In this document: positions 29,481 to 42,998 of the stretch, one piece after another | Layout: the number at the start of each line of letters is the position of its first letter | Position numbering within the stretch: position 1 is the first letter of the stretch | Assembly: GCA_951406725.2 (NCBI GenBank) | Contig: OX597823.1 | Span: 57,164,001 to 57,228,000, forward strand | DNA: 64,000 nucleotides | DNA from: Octopus vulgaris | Lineage: Eukaryota | Direction: 5' to 3' | Notes under the pieces: model-generated | Seen by the model: the letters and a program-made list of their open reading frames with translations, nothing else | The model's database searches: none | What the model was told of the DNA's origin: nothing | Position numbers and translations under genes: made by a program

Positions 29481-29539
29481 TGACCTTACTATTAATATCA
29501 CCGTCACTGTACAGACCAGACTATCGGATGTTGTAATAC

Positions 29540-29775
29540 ACCGCTGGTCACAATGCGTTTCTTTGCATTGTTGTAGCTTTTGAGTGATGATATCCCACAA
29601 TTTTGACGGGCGAGCAAACTTTCTCCCTGAACAGAAAGCCTGTCTGTTGCAAATTTACCCACTAACAGCTGGGGGAATGAATCAACGTGAAATGAAGTGT
29701 TTTGCTCAAGAACACAACACGCCGCCAGTTTTGGAATGATTGCAACACTCTAACCAGTGAGCCACGAGTCTTCAT
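29540..29775 (-). mobile_element. Degenerate tRNA-derived SINE related to family C
   Basis: CAACGTGAAATGAAGTGTTTTGCTCAAGAACACAACAC...CTCTAACCAGTGAGCCACG. Confidence 0.55.
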
Positions 29776-31139
29776 TAATAATATGTACGCGAAAGACATA
29801 TATTCAGGCTAAGAGGCCACAATGTAGTAATTCCTTTATATGCGTCCCTTATTTGCCGGACAGTTTAAATCACGAATCTATGGTTTCATCTTTTTATCTA
29901 ATGGTTACCCTACGGTCATAATATTTTAAATTTGGGCAGAAAACAATTAAGGCGGTCATAATATATGAAATCTAGGAAGAGAACAATCAAAGCTGTGATT
30001 ACTTCGCTGAACTCTGAATAAACTGGATCGCATAATGTCATTCAAACTTTAACACTAATACTCGCTGTCAAAACTGATTTGACTATGATCTTCTGATTCA
30101 AATTTATTTGTCTTAAAATATAGACAAAATTCTAATTTCTGTATATAAGTCCGCTCATTTTTTTAAGCAGAAAAGCATTTTCGTTTGTATAGACAACACT
30201 CTGTATTAGTTAATGTTATATGGAAATGAAACAAAAGATAAACGATAATATAGTTTCTGGTTGCTTGGCAGTTTCTTTCGTTCGCACTTCAAACTATATC
30301 ATATGTGGCAATAAACAGAATTATATTGAGTAAATTCTCATAATCGAGGGAACAGACTATCAGAATATATATGAAACACACATACGCACAAACACACACA
30401 CGCGCGTGCGCGTATATATATATATATATATATATTAAATGAGTAAAGACCTCCTTGAGTCATGAATTACCATGGTATTGCACCTAGAAATTTGCCCTCC
30501 TAGGCACAAGTCTTAAGCAAGGTTGTTTGTGGAAGAACAGCAGTCGCCCATGCATACCGGCATCCCTTTTACACGCCACCGATGTTATTCAGAGGGGAAA
30601 GTAAGCTTGAGTCTTTGTTGTCATTGTGTTGTGCATTGAAGAAGATAGCCGGCGGTGTTTTAGCCGACGAAAAAGTAACTGCTGCAAGGTAAGGCTTTTG
30701 TCTCTTGGGTCTAGTGGGGGTTGTTGTCTGTGGTAATATTTTTTTTACAAACAAGGAGTCCTCACTAGATTAAGGAATTTGGGTCTGCTTGCAGTTCAGC
30801 AATATTGTTCACATTAAGTGAATTTTTTTTTCTCATTGTGAGAGGTATAGTTTGGGGGCGTATCTTGCCACCAAAAGTTGTTCGTTGTTTTTGAATAGTG
30901 TATGTTTTTACAACGTTTACCAATAATTGGAAAGCTGTATTTCAAGTGGAGCAGTCCAGGTTCTAATCGGAGAACCATAGGGCTTGGAGTACCTGAATTC
31001 CTAGATTTTTTTGCTTTGTTTTGTTGAACTGATGTTTTCTTCATCTATTGTGACTCTCTTTAATGAAACTGTTTGCTTTTTCTCTTCCTCCCCTTTGTTT
31101 CCTTTTTATTTCTCTCTTTTCTTTTTGAAATTTGTGAAC

Positions 31140-32227
31140 TATTGTTTCGGACGTTTTAATTTTTAATTTAAAACATGGCAAAACATACGGATAAGATTGT
31201 AGAGTGGGAGATTGTTCCACCTAAGGAGTGGTTCAGACAGCAAAAGGAGAGGACGGTGGTGTTGAGAACATATTCTAAGGTTCTCGACACCATTGCCGTC
31301 TTCTCCAAGCAGCTAATTGGGCAGGTGTTGGCGGAACATCTGCCAACAACTAATTATATCCCTAGGGGTGTCAAATATGCAACGGTGTAGTTGCTATAAA
31401 GAAAAATTGCCTTCAAGATCAAAGCAAAGTCCTGGAGCAGTTGATTGAGACCTCTGTAGAAGAAGGAACGAAGGCGGCCGAGGAGGTGGAAGACTCCTCA
31501 AAGAAGGGCCGCAAGAGGAAGAAGGTGAGCAACAATGGGTGCTCACCGAAGGATCCTAGGGATTAGGGAGGGGAGGCGGATCTCCCAGTCACGAAGGAGA
31601 CGCACCCTCCCTCAGTTGAGAAGAAAAAATAGAGGAAGAGGAAGAGAAACGTGACATAGAACCGGAATGTCCCGGATCATGCCGGCAGAGGTTGTGCCAC
31701 CGGCAGGGGAAGAGACACTGTTGGGGGGAATTGTACCGCCAAGGGTAGAATTGACTACCTCGAACCCGGAGGAAGACGAACTATTGGTCTTCTTCTACAG
31801 AGGCGGAGAGGTAGAAAAGGTGATGGAAAAGCACCATAAGGGAGTACCTTTAACCTTCACACATGATCTCTTCACATAGCAGACAGCTATGGAGGTCATA
31901 ACGTTGCTCGTGATGCATCGGCTGCATGGACTCAATGAGGAATATCGCTTGTGGCTGGCGACGCCGACTCGGAATCCGCCTGGGTCTTGAATGAGGCGTG
32001 GTTGATGGCGGAGTATACGGCACAAGCGATGTTGGGGTGGAATAGTGACAAGAGGTTGAAAAGCCTCAGTGCTATAGTGTTAATTGTATAAGGTTAAATG
32101 TTTATTGTATGTTATTGTGTTTAAGAGGCTTAACGCCCCAATTTTTAAAAGGACTATTAGTCCAATAATTGTAATTCTGAAGTAAGAGGTTCAATACCTC
32201 GTTTGTCTCTTTTCTGTGAAAAAAAAA
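31140..32227 (+). mobile_element. Decayed non-LTR ORF1-like element (possibly Tx1/L1 related, non-autonomous)
   Basis: GC- and purine-rich coding-like block starting MAKHTDKIVEWEIVPPKEWFRQQKERTVVLRTYSK, with stops and frameshifts and Lys/Glu-rich low complexity. Preceded by CGGACGTTTT and ending in an A-run near 32218-32227. No RT seen. Confidence 0.4.
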
Positions 32228-32384
32228 GTGAATAATGTTTTAGAGAAGCAAAAATCGGTGGGCGTTTTTCGTCTTCTCCCATTAATATCATCCTTTTTTC
32301 ATCGTTCACCTCATCAATGTTTTTGTCCAGCCAGCAACCTACTCTGTGTCATGCCTTTGTGGCAACATTTTTGAAAGAAATTAG

Positions 32385-32518
32385 CTTGGTTACCAACCAC
32401 ATGCATCCAGGTTCAGTCCCACTGCGTGGCACCTTGGGCAAGTGTCTTCTACTATACACTCGGATCGACCAAAGCCTTGTGAGTGGATTCGGTAGACGGA
32501 ACCTGAAAGAAGTCCGTC

Positions 32519-32589
<71 letters not shown>

Positions 32590-32815
32590 CGCGTGTGTGT
32601 GTGTATATATATTTGTGTGTCTGTGTTTGTCACCCCACCATCGCTTGATAACCGATGTGTTACGTCCCCGTAACTTAGCGGTTCAGCAAAAGTGAACGAT
32701 AGAATAAGTATTAGGCTTACAAGGCATAAATCCTGGTGTCCATTTGTTCAACTAACGGCGGTGCTCCAGCATGGCCGCAGTCAAATGGCTGAAAGAAAGA
32801 AAAGAATAAAAGAAT
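32385..32815 (+). mobile_element. SINE family B with internal (TA)n(TG)n
   Basis: Colinear with 36541-36950. Confidence 0.9.
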
Positions 32816-33096
32816 ATACGCAATTACGTATATGAAAATGATGTTTCAACAGCTGTGTGCTGGCACTTCATCAGGTAGTGTGCTTTAAAATATTTAGATA
32901 GAGAAGTATTAATTTGAGGCGCTAACATGAACATTAAGATGTTAAGGGACCAAAATGGTGAACATCTTTGGAAACAGTGAATTACGAAACAGCAAAACCG
33001 TTGGGCTGTGTTTATTTTCAGCGAGTAGAGGATATATCGAATGTTTAGAACGGCATATTTCATTGGAGAATGGCAGTGTGCGAGGTGTTATATTGA

Positions 33097-33443
33097 TTTC
33101 AAATTTTGGCACAAGGCCAGCAATTTCGGTGAAGGGGTCGACTTTGCTTTTCATCCTTTCGAGGTCGATAAAATCAGTTCCAATTGAGCATTGGGGTCCA
33201 TATAATAACCCTATACCCTCCCCGAAATCGCTAGCCTTGTGCCAAAATTTGAAACCTGCATATTGATAACGGTATTCGATTACATAAACCCCAATGTTCA
33301 ACTGGTACTGATCTTATCGACCCTGAAAGGGAGAAAGGTATAACCAACCTCGGCGGGATTTGAACTCAGAACGTGAAGACGGACGAAATACCACTAAGCA
33401 TTTTTGCCCAGCGTGCTTAACGATTCTGTCAGCTCGCTGCCTT
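33097..33443 (-). mobile_element. SINE A-related element interrupted by an inverted SINE fragment
   Basis: Tail TTTCAAATTTTGGCACAAGG at 33097, head ...AGCTCGCTGCCTT at 33443; insertion at ~33136-33281. Confidence 0.75.
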
Positions 33444-33464
33444 ATGACGTGTTACTAACGGTCG

Positions 33465-33605
33465 TTCAGAGTTCAAATTCCACCGAGGTCGACTTTGCCT
33501 TTCATCCTTTTGAGGTTGATAAAATAGATTCCAATTGAACACTGGGATCAACATAATAACCTTATCCCGTCCTTGAAATTGCTAGCCTTGTGCCAAAATT
33601 TGAAA
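33465..33605 (+). mobile_element. SINE A-related element, 5'-truncated
   Basis: GAGTTCAAATTCCACCGAGGTCGACTTTGCCTTTCATCC...CCTTGTGCCAAAATTTGAAA. Confidence 0.8.
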
Positions 33606-34550
33606 GCTACATGTTGATAACACGGTATTCGATTCGTAGTTCATGATTTTATTTCGGTTAACGTATTAGACACAAACATTGGTTTCAACCAAAACCCAAC
33701 ATCACTAACCCTACATATGAACCTTGTGACCAGGTCTAATTGTCTCTTAGCACCATAAATATTATTAGGTCATTAACAACCAACAACGACGACAACGACA
33801 GCGACTACCAAATAGCAATGGATGGCATTTATCTTTGCTTTCCAATTGCTGGACATAAGTTATATACAGTAAAAAAAAAAGAAGAAAAACGAAAAAATAA
33901 AGGGATAGTAAACTTAACGATCGATTATGCAGGTAACGAACACTTAGCAGAGAATAAAAGCAACAGTAAACTATTCAGCTACAATTACGAGCGTACTAAA
34001 ATCGATCAGAAGAAGAAAAAAAGAACTGCCTTAAAAATGGCTTTACTTATTTCGCAAACAAGGTCAACAGATTACGGAGAAACGGCGAATACTTGGACAC
34101 TATAATCAAGTATAAAATGAATAACAATTTCAAAAGCCACCAACTGCGACTCAATGATAGATTATCTAAATTTCTCCGCACTGCCGCCATTTCTATCTCA
34201 TAATCATCACCTTCTTATCACTATTCCAACGCTGAACAATGTCGTTCGTGCTGATACGCTAGTAACTATTTTTGATCATCGATCCACTTTACTACCCAAT
34301 CAAGATTTATAGATTATTGATATCCTCTGAGTATCTAGTATACATACATATATACATACCTACATACATACACTCATACATACTAACTCACACGCACACA
34401 CAGATACATATGTATATATCCACACACACACGTATTACATACACACACACATATATATATACATATATGAATGAAATTTATATAATATATGCACATATAG
34501 GGTGATTCATAAATTCATAAGTATACATGCATATATACATACATACATAA

Positions 34551-34738
34551 ATTACAAATTCATATTTATACTAATAATTCTTGGAGCAATCTGATTTGTG
34601 AGTAAATGTCCAAGTGACAATCTAGATAAGTTAGGGTTTTCAGAAAAAGATATCAACCAACTCACTCGCACTTTACAAATATTTTCTGTAAGTGGAACAG
34701 CAAACATATGCAAGACTTTACTCAGGTTTAAAATGTTA
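34551..34738 (+). mobile_element. REL-endonuclease non-LTR element, C-terminal remnant
   Basis: YKFIFILIILGAI*FVSKCPSDNLDKLGFSEKDINQLTRTLQIFSVSGTANICKTLLRF has the same xIIxGAL...LQ...GTxxI pattern as the Dong-like fragments. Confidence 0.55.
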
Positions 34739-34751
34739 CATTGGTTATTTT

Positions 34752-35020
34752 TGTATCCTTCTATAAGTTGGATATACAAATTTGACGAAGCGGGGATAGT
34801 CACAACTGTCTTCACACGACGTACTTCAAATTACTCCACTAAACACGATACTCTAGTAAATACAAGTCTCAATGATATCAACAACTTCTCATGACTTCCA
34901 TGAACTCTCAAAGACTCCTACGACTTTTTTCCGGTCGCAACGGATATGCTACTTTTTATAAGAGTTCGGCTAGTCCATTCTTCCTATCCCACAGGGGTGT
35001 CAATGACTCTCGCCACAACA
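34752..35020 (-). mobile_element. Solo LTR related to the Gypsy LTR at 63744-63956
   Basis: Minus strand TGTTGTGGCGAGAGTCATTGACACCCCTGTGGGA...GTATATCCAACTTATAGAAGGATACA. TG...CA ends; flanks ATTTT / GTTTT may be a 5-bp TSD with one mismatch. Confidence 0.85.
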
Positions 35021-36269
35021 GTTTTGTTATCTCCATTCCAACGAAGTATCTTTTTATCTTTTAGAAACCAGCTTCTTTCTCAGAGAACGAATTAAAATAA
35101 TTAAAAACCGAAGAGATACATAATTACATAGATACTTACATGCATACATACATACATGCATACATGCATACATACACACATTGTATATGCAAGGGTGACT
35201 TCAGTTTTCACTTGTCTCGAGCCTTATTCAAATTCGGAGTAAAACTAGAGACAGCACTATGCGTCATGAACGCCAGAAGCATGACAGGCAAAGTAAACTG
35301 CAGGGATATTTTAACGAAAAGCGTAAAGATTTGTAACTTAATACCGTAAAGCATTTATAGAATATAGAATCGTGAATAAACACTGCGAAGCATTAAGTTC
35401 TTTCCTGCAACGATTCCACCAAACATTAGCTTACTGTTTTCGAAAATTCTGAGACTTGTTATAATTTTGTGCTTCGCATAATTAATGGACGACCTTTCCT
35501 CTGTTGCCCAAACAAAAATTGAGATAATTGCGAATTTGAAAAATCGGTAATATTAAGCCAATTATGCAGTTTCAAGGATTCAATTCAATTCTTCAGTGCA
35601 CTACCAAATACACCCCGTGTTTCTCAGTGTGAGAAGTAGCATTTTATTATATATTTTTCCTTATTATCAGTAGAGGATTTGGTTTTCATCTATTATACTA
35701 TATTCCATTTTTAAAGTTGCAATTTAGTGATTATCTGTTAAATTGTTCTTGCACGTGGTTGTTGTAGATAATGTGATTGTTTCGCCTTAGCTCAGCTCTT
35801 AATCGGTCTACCTACAAATAGAATGGGACCTCCTTAACCCTTTAAATCTGAAATTAAATTTCATAGTCGTTACAGTAAAAATACAGAATATCTGCCACAA
35901 AATAAAATTAGTGTTTTCTGCAAGTCACGTTGCCTCAATAAACTTGACATATCTCAAAAAAGAAAGGAAAGGAATTGTTTCAGACGTGATATATTTTCCA
36001 GTAAAAGATAGAATGGCTCATAAAACTGCTTTTCACAGTCATGAGTAGGAAATTCTGAGTGTATGTATCTGATATCGGTAATAAAAAACTTGATAGTTTT
36101 GAGTCTGGTGTTCTTAATTCTCTAAGCAGCATCTGCATTTAGTTATTAGACTAGCTACTATTTTGACCCAAGGGAACTCTGATAAGTAAACCCTCTTTAT
36201 AAATTCAAGTACCACAAAATATAGTTCAGTCTCGCTAAAATAAATTACTACTGCTAAACTGAAATTTTT

Positions 36270-36425
36270 TTGTCGCATTACGTTCTGAGTTCAAATTCCA
36301 CCGAGGTCAACTTGGCCTCTCATCCCTTCAGGGCTGATAAATTAAGTACCAGTTGCTTACTCTGGGTCGATCTAGTAGACTGGTCCCCTCCCCCCAAATT
36401 TCGGCCCTTGTGCCTAGAGTAGAAA
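36270..36425 (+). mobile_element. SINE A-related fragment
   Basis: CGTTCTGAGTTCAAATTCCACCGAGGTCAAC...GATAAATTAAGTACCAG. Confidence 0.8.
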
Positions 36426-36474
36426 AAAGTTTGCTCCCCAAACACATGGTTCTGGGTTCAGCCCACTGCAGGGC

Positions 36475-36521
<47 letters not shown>

Positions 36522-36540
36522 ATATATATATATATATATA

Positions 36541-36950
36541 GGCGCAGGAGTGGCTGTGTGGTAAGTAGCTTGTTTACCAGCCACATGGTTCCGGGTTCAG
36601 TCCCACTGCGTGGCACCTTGGGCAAGTGTCTTCTACTATAGCCTCGGGCCGACCAAAGCCTTGTGAGTGGATTTGGTAGACGGAAACTGAAAGAAGCCCG
36701 TCGTATATATGTATATATATATATGTATGCGTGTGTGTGTTTGTGTATCTGTGCTTGTCCCCCTAGCATTGCTTGACAACCGATGCTGGTGTGTTTATGT
36801 CCCCGTTACTTAGCGGTTCGGCAAAATAGACCGATAGAATAAGTACTGGGCTTACAAAAGAATAAGTCCTGGGGTCGAGTTGCTCGATTAAAGGCGGTGC
36901 TCCAGCATGGCCGCAGTCAAATGACTGAAACAAGTAAAAGAGTAAAGAGT
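36541..36950 (+). mobile_element. tRNA-derived SINE family B, full length, CORE-like box, internal microsatellite
   Basis: A/B boxes TGGCTGTGTGG and GGTTCAGTCCC; ACCTTGGGCAAGT resembles the CORE-SINE box; internal (TA)/(TG); AAGAGTA-repeat tail. The described octopus OK/OR1/OR2 SINEs are candidates, but assignment needs alignment. Confidence 0.92.
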
Positions 36951-36951
36951 A

Positions 36952-36985
<34 letters not shown>

Positions 36986-37559
36986 AGGCGTTATCAAATT
37001 TACAGCCTCCGAGAGAGTGAAGTTTTGTTAGGAAGATATGAGAATACAGAAGCTTTATCTTTCTATTTCGTGATCATATCTGACCCACCTATTATTATTA
37101 TCTGTCTGTTTGAAGATGTGTATTCTCACAAATTTCTAACTCAGATTTATGGAATCGATTCCCAGCCTTACTTAGAGAACCACGCTACTTAGAGAAAGAA
37201 CCACAGCGTGGTCAGTCGACCTGTTAGAAAGAAGTACCCACACTTCAATAAACAAACTCTACTGTCTTAGGTAACAACAGAACGAGGAGAAAATGGCATT
37301 GGATGATGCAGATTTAGAACGTTGATGGCAGAAATTCTTTCGTTTATAGGTTCGCTCGCTCGCTGAGAAATTGACTTCGGGCTAAACAACAACGAGGATG
37401 ACGACGTCAGCATATCCGTTGGATATAAATGTTGTTTATATCACTTGACTTCCGTTTCGTGATCAAGATGTAGCAACGTAGTCTCTTGAACATAGCAAAC
37501 TCACCTGATCGAGGTTGGGAATGGACTCAGAAATACGTAGCTGCATCATTCTCAAAATC

Positions 37560-37984
37560 CACCTTCCTCCTCCTCCTCCTCCTCCACTTCTGCCTCGACT
37601 TGTGCATCCTCCTCCTCCTCCTACTCCTCCTCCTCACGTCCTGCCTCCTCCTTCCCTCATCCTGCCATCCCTCCTCCTTCCCTTCCTCCCTCCCTTCCTG
37701 TTGCCACTCCTCATCCTCTCCTTCCTCCTTCCACCCACCTCCTCCCCTTTCTCCTTCCTCTTCTTCGTCGTCGACATCACATTGCATACCGTATTGGTAA
37801 TTATTGTTCTTCTGCCAATGCTGGTAAACATTGTTATTGTCGTGGTCATTGTCAACATCACTCCCACCACCAACACCACCACCAACATCATCACGCCCCC
37901 ATCTAACATCACCATCCTTCTCACACCCGCAAACTGCAATCATCATCATCACCTTCATGATCACCACCACCACGTCCATCATCA

Positions 37985-38024
<40 letters not shown>

Positions 38025-38279
38025 GTCATATTCACTCTCACCATCCATCATCAACATCATCATCATCATCATAACTCTCACCATTGCCATCATGATGACC
38101 ACTTCCGCCTTGTCTACCAGCAGCATTATCCTCACGATTATCATCATCATAACATCATTGTCATCATCGTCTTGTCCTCCTCCTCCACCACCCCCACCAC
38201 TACCACCACCACAACCACCACCACCACCACCACCACCACAACCACCACAATCATCATTACCACGACGACGACGACCACC

Positions 38280-38313
<34 letters not shown>

Positions 38314-38320
38314 TCATTGT
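37560..38320. repeat. Long compound trinucleotide region (CCT)n/(CAT)n/(CAC)n
   Basis: Directly visible; produces several low-complexity ORFs on both strands. Confidence 0.9.
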
Positions 38321-39486
38321 AACCCATTGTTGTGGATTTTTTTTGTGTTACTGTTGCTGTAGACATTATTTTGTTAGTATTTTTTGCGGTTGCTGTTTTG
38401 TTGTTATTTTATATTATATGATTTTTCTTTTGTTTTTTTTTTATTTTGTTATGTCGTCGACATTGTTATTGTGTCGTCACTATTGTGAATTGTTTTTGTT
38501 TTGCTGCTATTGTTTTGTGCCTCCTCTTCTTATTTAAATCGGTTTGAAAAATAAAAAAAAAATAACACACAACAACACAACACAAAAACAATAGGCAAAC
38601 AAAATGACACAAAACGTAAAAATTAAAAAATCTAAATCAAGAAACAAAATAAAAAAAATAAAAACAAAAAATAAAAAAAAAGAAATGAAAAATAATTGAA
38701 AAAACAATAAAAAATCAATTTTGTTTTTTCAAGACACGATTAAGGAATTAATATATTTTTCAGTATTATTTCGTGATTTTCTTCCTCATTATTCCTCTTC
38801 TTTTTATTCCACTGTATTTATTACCGTCACTCACTTTTTAAAATTATATTTGAGATAATGATAAAATTAACAATGAAAATAATAATAAGAATAATTGTTA
38901 TTAATAATTTAAAAATTATGATTGTTGTTGTTGTTGTCGTTGAAATTGTTGATGTTACCGTTATTGCCAGCTTCGTTCTTGTGATTTTTTTTTGTGATTT
39001 TTACATTTTTGTGGTTTTTCCACGGTCCGTTTGTCTAGTAGTTTTTCGTTAATTATATCGTATAAACAGTTCTACTAAATGATAGCTTACACTGTGTTCT
39101 CACATGAGTGTGTGTGTGTTTGTATGTATGTGTGTGTGTGCGTGTCCGTCCGTGTGTAGGTGTGTGAGCATTGTGCATATATGTGTATATATGAGTGTGT
39201 GTAGTAATAAATATATATGCACTTGCACCTACTAGCACAGAGAAAGACGAGACCCCTGCACAGATATTTTAATATATTTATTTCACATATAATATATATT
39301 TCTAACATACGGCCAAATTGAGCGTGTACACATGCACACACCCAAACACACACACACATACGTCACTATCGTACACAAATTATACATAATATATGAATGT
39401 GTATGCACATGACTATATATATCTACATATATATCTACATATATATATGTACGTATCTATGTAGCCAGCTAGATATATATATATAT

Positions 39487-39736
39487 ACTCTTTCTTTTCT
39501 TTACTCTTTTACTTGTTTCAGTCATTTGACTGTGGCCATGCTGGAGCACCGTCTTTAGTCGAGCAAATCGACCCCAGGACTTATTCTTTGTAAACCTAGT
39601 ACTTATTTTATCGGTCCTCTTTTGCCGAACCGCTAGGTTACGGGGAAGTCAGCACACAAGCATCGGTTGTCAAGCGATGTTGGGGGTGGGGGACAAACAC
39701 AGACACACAAACATACATACATAATACATACATACA

Positions 39737-39768
<32 letters not shown>

Positions 39769-39915
39769 CATATATACGACGGGCTACTTTCAGTTTCCGT
39801 TTTTGGTCGGCTTGTGTCTAAAGTAGAAGACACTTGCCCATGGTGCCACGCAGTGGGACTGAACCCGGAACCGTTTGGCTGGTAAGTAAGCTACTTACCA
39901 CACAGCAACTCCTAC
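39487..39915 (-). mobile_element. SINE family B with internal (CATA)n
   Basis: Reverse complement of 36541-36950 with a small internal deletion. Confidence 0.9.
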
Positions 39916-40039
39916 ACCCTGACAAAACTCATCTATTAACAGATAGAAAGATCATGAAGCTGTCTGCTAACACATGTCGTACGCCACTCCCGTTAAATTT
40001 CCCACGAAAGTATGTATGTATGTATGCGTGTGTTTGTGA

Positions 40040-40095
<56 letters not shown>

Positions 40096-40578
40096 TCAGG
40101 GTATTATAAATACCTATTTAGATGAAATAGGAGTTAAACACGCACAAGAGAATATAGCAAATAACTTTCTCCGAAACAGTCCTTCCATTTCTAAGATACA
40201 TCTATTAAAATGCAAATTAGATCATAGACATTCTGGTATCAATTGATTTCGCTTTCTGTGTTGAACCAACACTTAAAGCTCGTCAGCCAGACTTACTTCA
40301 AAAAACATATTTACCTCACCGTGCGCATTTTTCAAATGAAGGCCCTCGCGACTTTCAAACGAACGTTAGTGAGCAAGTATAAGTTTAAAAATTCAGATAC
40401 GTTATCATTATCTATAAAAACAATGATAAAGGACTGTGTTAGAGAAATATATTTGCTATATTCTCCGGGAGTGCTTACATATAGTGAGAGATGTGTAGTT
40501 TTCGAGGGTTTTAACTCCTCTTTCAAGCAAACAAGTACTTATCGTACCCTGAATTATTAATAATTATTATTATTATTA

Positions 40579-40619
<41 letters not shown>

Positions 40620-40881
40620 TTTGCTTATTTGAATAAGGCTTGCTGACCACTTTATCATTATTTTTATAGATAATTGTAACTTATTTGAATTTTTAAATAC
40701 ACACACACACACACATATATATATATATGTATATATACATAAATATATATATACATATGTATGCATATATATATATGTATATATACGCATATGTAGGTAT
40801 TTATATATATATATATGCGTATTTATATATGTATATCATACACACACACGCACACACACACATACACACACATATATATAA

Positions 40882-40959
<78 letters not shown>

Positions 40960-41619
40960 GAGGAATATATTAAATAATGTAAAGCTCTCAATAAATCTAT
41001 ACTTGCATATGTACGTGAGCGTGTATTTGTGTGAGTATTCTATAGTGCTATATAATATGATATATATGATATTAATATAAATTCAATCGATATATAAACA
41101 TATCTTCAGTGGAACATATATCCGAAAAAAAATAATAAAAACGCACGCTCTATAAAAGCAGTAATGTATTTATAGGAGTTTGATTTTATGGCCGGTCATC
41201 GAATGACCAACAGTGTCGCATCCATAAAACTCTTAGCCTTATATACGACTCGTCAGACTCGAATGGCCAACTGGAAACAGAAAACCGTTACGCTCAGTTT
41301 GTAAATAAAAAATATAATATATCGTCTAAAGTTTAAACAGGACGGGTTATCGCCCCAGATCGGTTTTTTCAGCAAACTTTTATAGTCCTAATCGACAAAC
41401 GGAAATTCTCCGCCCTTAGGTTGGTTCCAGTCCGCAATTATTTTTTTAATAGCCCTAATCAACGAACAGGGAGTTTCTACATCTGGAGCAGGTAGCATTT
41501 AAAAAGCGGAGAAGGAGTATAGATCTCGTTTCTGGAGTTTAGTAATGACCCCGGGTCAAGTGGGTCTTTAAGGATCCTTTCCCGCCCTGCTATGCAAAGC
41601 TTGCATATATAATCATATA

Positions 41620-41757
41620 TGTGTATGTATGTATGTATGTATGTATGTATGTATGTATGTATGTATGTATGTATGTATGTATGTATGTATGTATGTATGT
41701 ATGTATGTATTATGTATGTATGTATTATGTATGTATGTATGTATGTATTATGTATGT
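41620..41757. repeat. (TATG)n microsatellite
   Basis: Directly visible. Confidence 0.95.
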
Positions 41758-42575
41758 ACACATATGTTTGTATGCACTTAACGCACGGCAGTTAAGCGAT
41801 TAGGGGCTCCGCTTTAGTGTTAAGTCAAACCCCCAGTCATAGTGTGTACACACAGGTCCTCCCCATTCGAGGTTGAGATGTGACGTAATACAAAGAGTAG
41901 AAAAATAATAAGACAAAAGATCATGGGCTTGGTACTCGGTACAGTTTTATTTAATTAGTTACATACGGTTCAATACTCTGCAACACATGGCGTTACGCTA
42001 CAGGTGCGTTCAGTAGGTGCAATCTATAAGGCTGGTATGGTAAGTAAGCACATTATCAGGCAACCGAAACTGAAATAAAGCCTTGTATTTTCTATTTCAA
42101 TTGTCCGTTGTTGTTTGTTTACCATTCTGGATGTATAGCGTTTATTCACCTCACGACTCTTTTGTTGCACCCAACTCTATCAGCTCAGCACTGACAATTA
42201 ATTCCAGTCCCAAGAATCTTCACCCTATTTAAACCGAACATTAATCGTATGATTAAACCGAACATTAATCGTATGAATCCAGCAATCTCAGAAGGTCTTC
42301 GAAGATTATGCAGAATTCCTCTTTCCTCTCGATGCAAAAAGTACGGGAGCATATGCGTACATCCATATAAAATATAAACGCAAATATATGCACCCCCACA
42401 CCTACACACACACCAACGACGCACAAATAAATAGGTCGGTACAATTATGCGAAGTGGAATCATGAAATGGAATGAAGTGAAACGAAATAAATATAATGAA
42501 TTTAATGTTAAAATGTTCTGAATAATATAAAATGTATAATGTAATGTATAATAAGATAAAACCTAATACAGTATA

Positions 42576-42647
<72 letters not shown>

Positions 42648-42822
42648 ATGAAAACTGAAATATAGAATATAATTTTTAATGAAAGAAATAAAGTATTAAA
42701 TACAAATAAATAAATGGAATAAAGTAATAGCGAAACCAAAAGAATACAAGTCAAAAACAGAATAGGATTCATCATAAGTTGTACTAGATCTAATGATACA
42801 TTTAATAATAATAATAATAATG

Positions 42823-42891
<69 letters not shown>

Positions 42892-42956
42892 TAGAAACAT
42901 ACATATATATGTATGCGTTTATGTATGTGTATATATATATTTACACACACACGCGC

Positions 42957-42998
<42 letters not shown>

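Noticed and set aside
32845-32880. CTGATGA...GAAA on the minus strand
   Set aside because: No stem I or stem III pairing.
35555-35600. CTGAAGA...GAAACTGCATA on the minus strand
   Set aside because: Stems I and II not formed; may be chance.
36541-36615. tRNA-like sequence
   Set aside because: SINE head: has A/B boxes but no complete cloverleaf and continues into the SINE body.
37515-38537. 340-aa Pro/His/Thr/Ile-rich ORF and overlapping ORFs
   Set aside because: Compound trinucleotide repeats open in several frames on both strands; no coding evidence.
42229-42276. Exact 24-bp tandem duplication
   Set aside because: Ordinary slippage event with no further structure.
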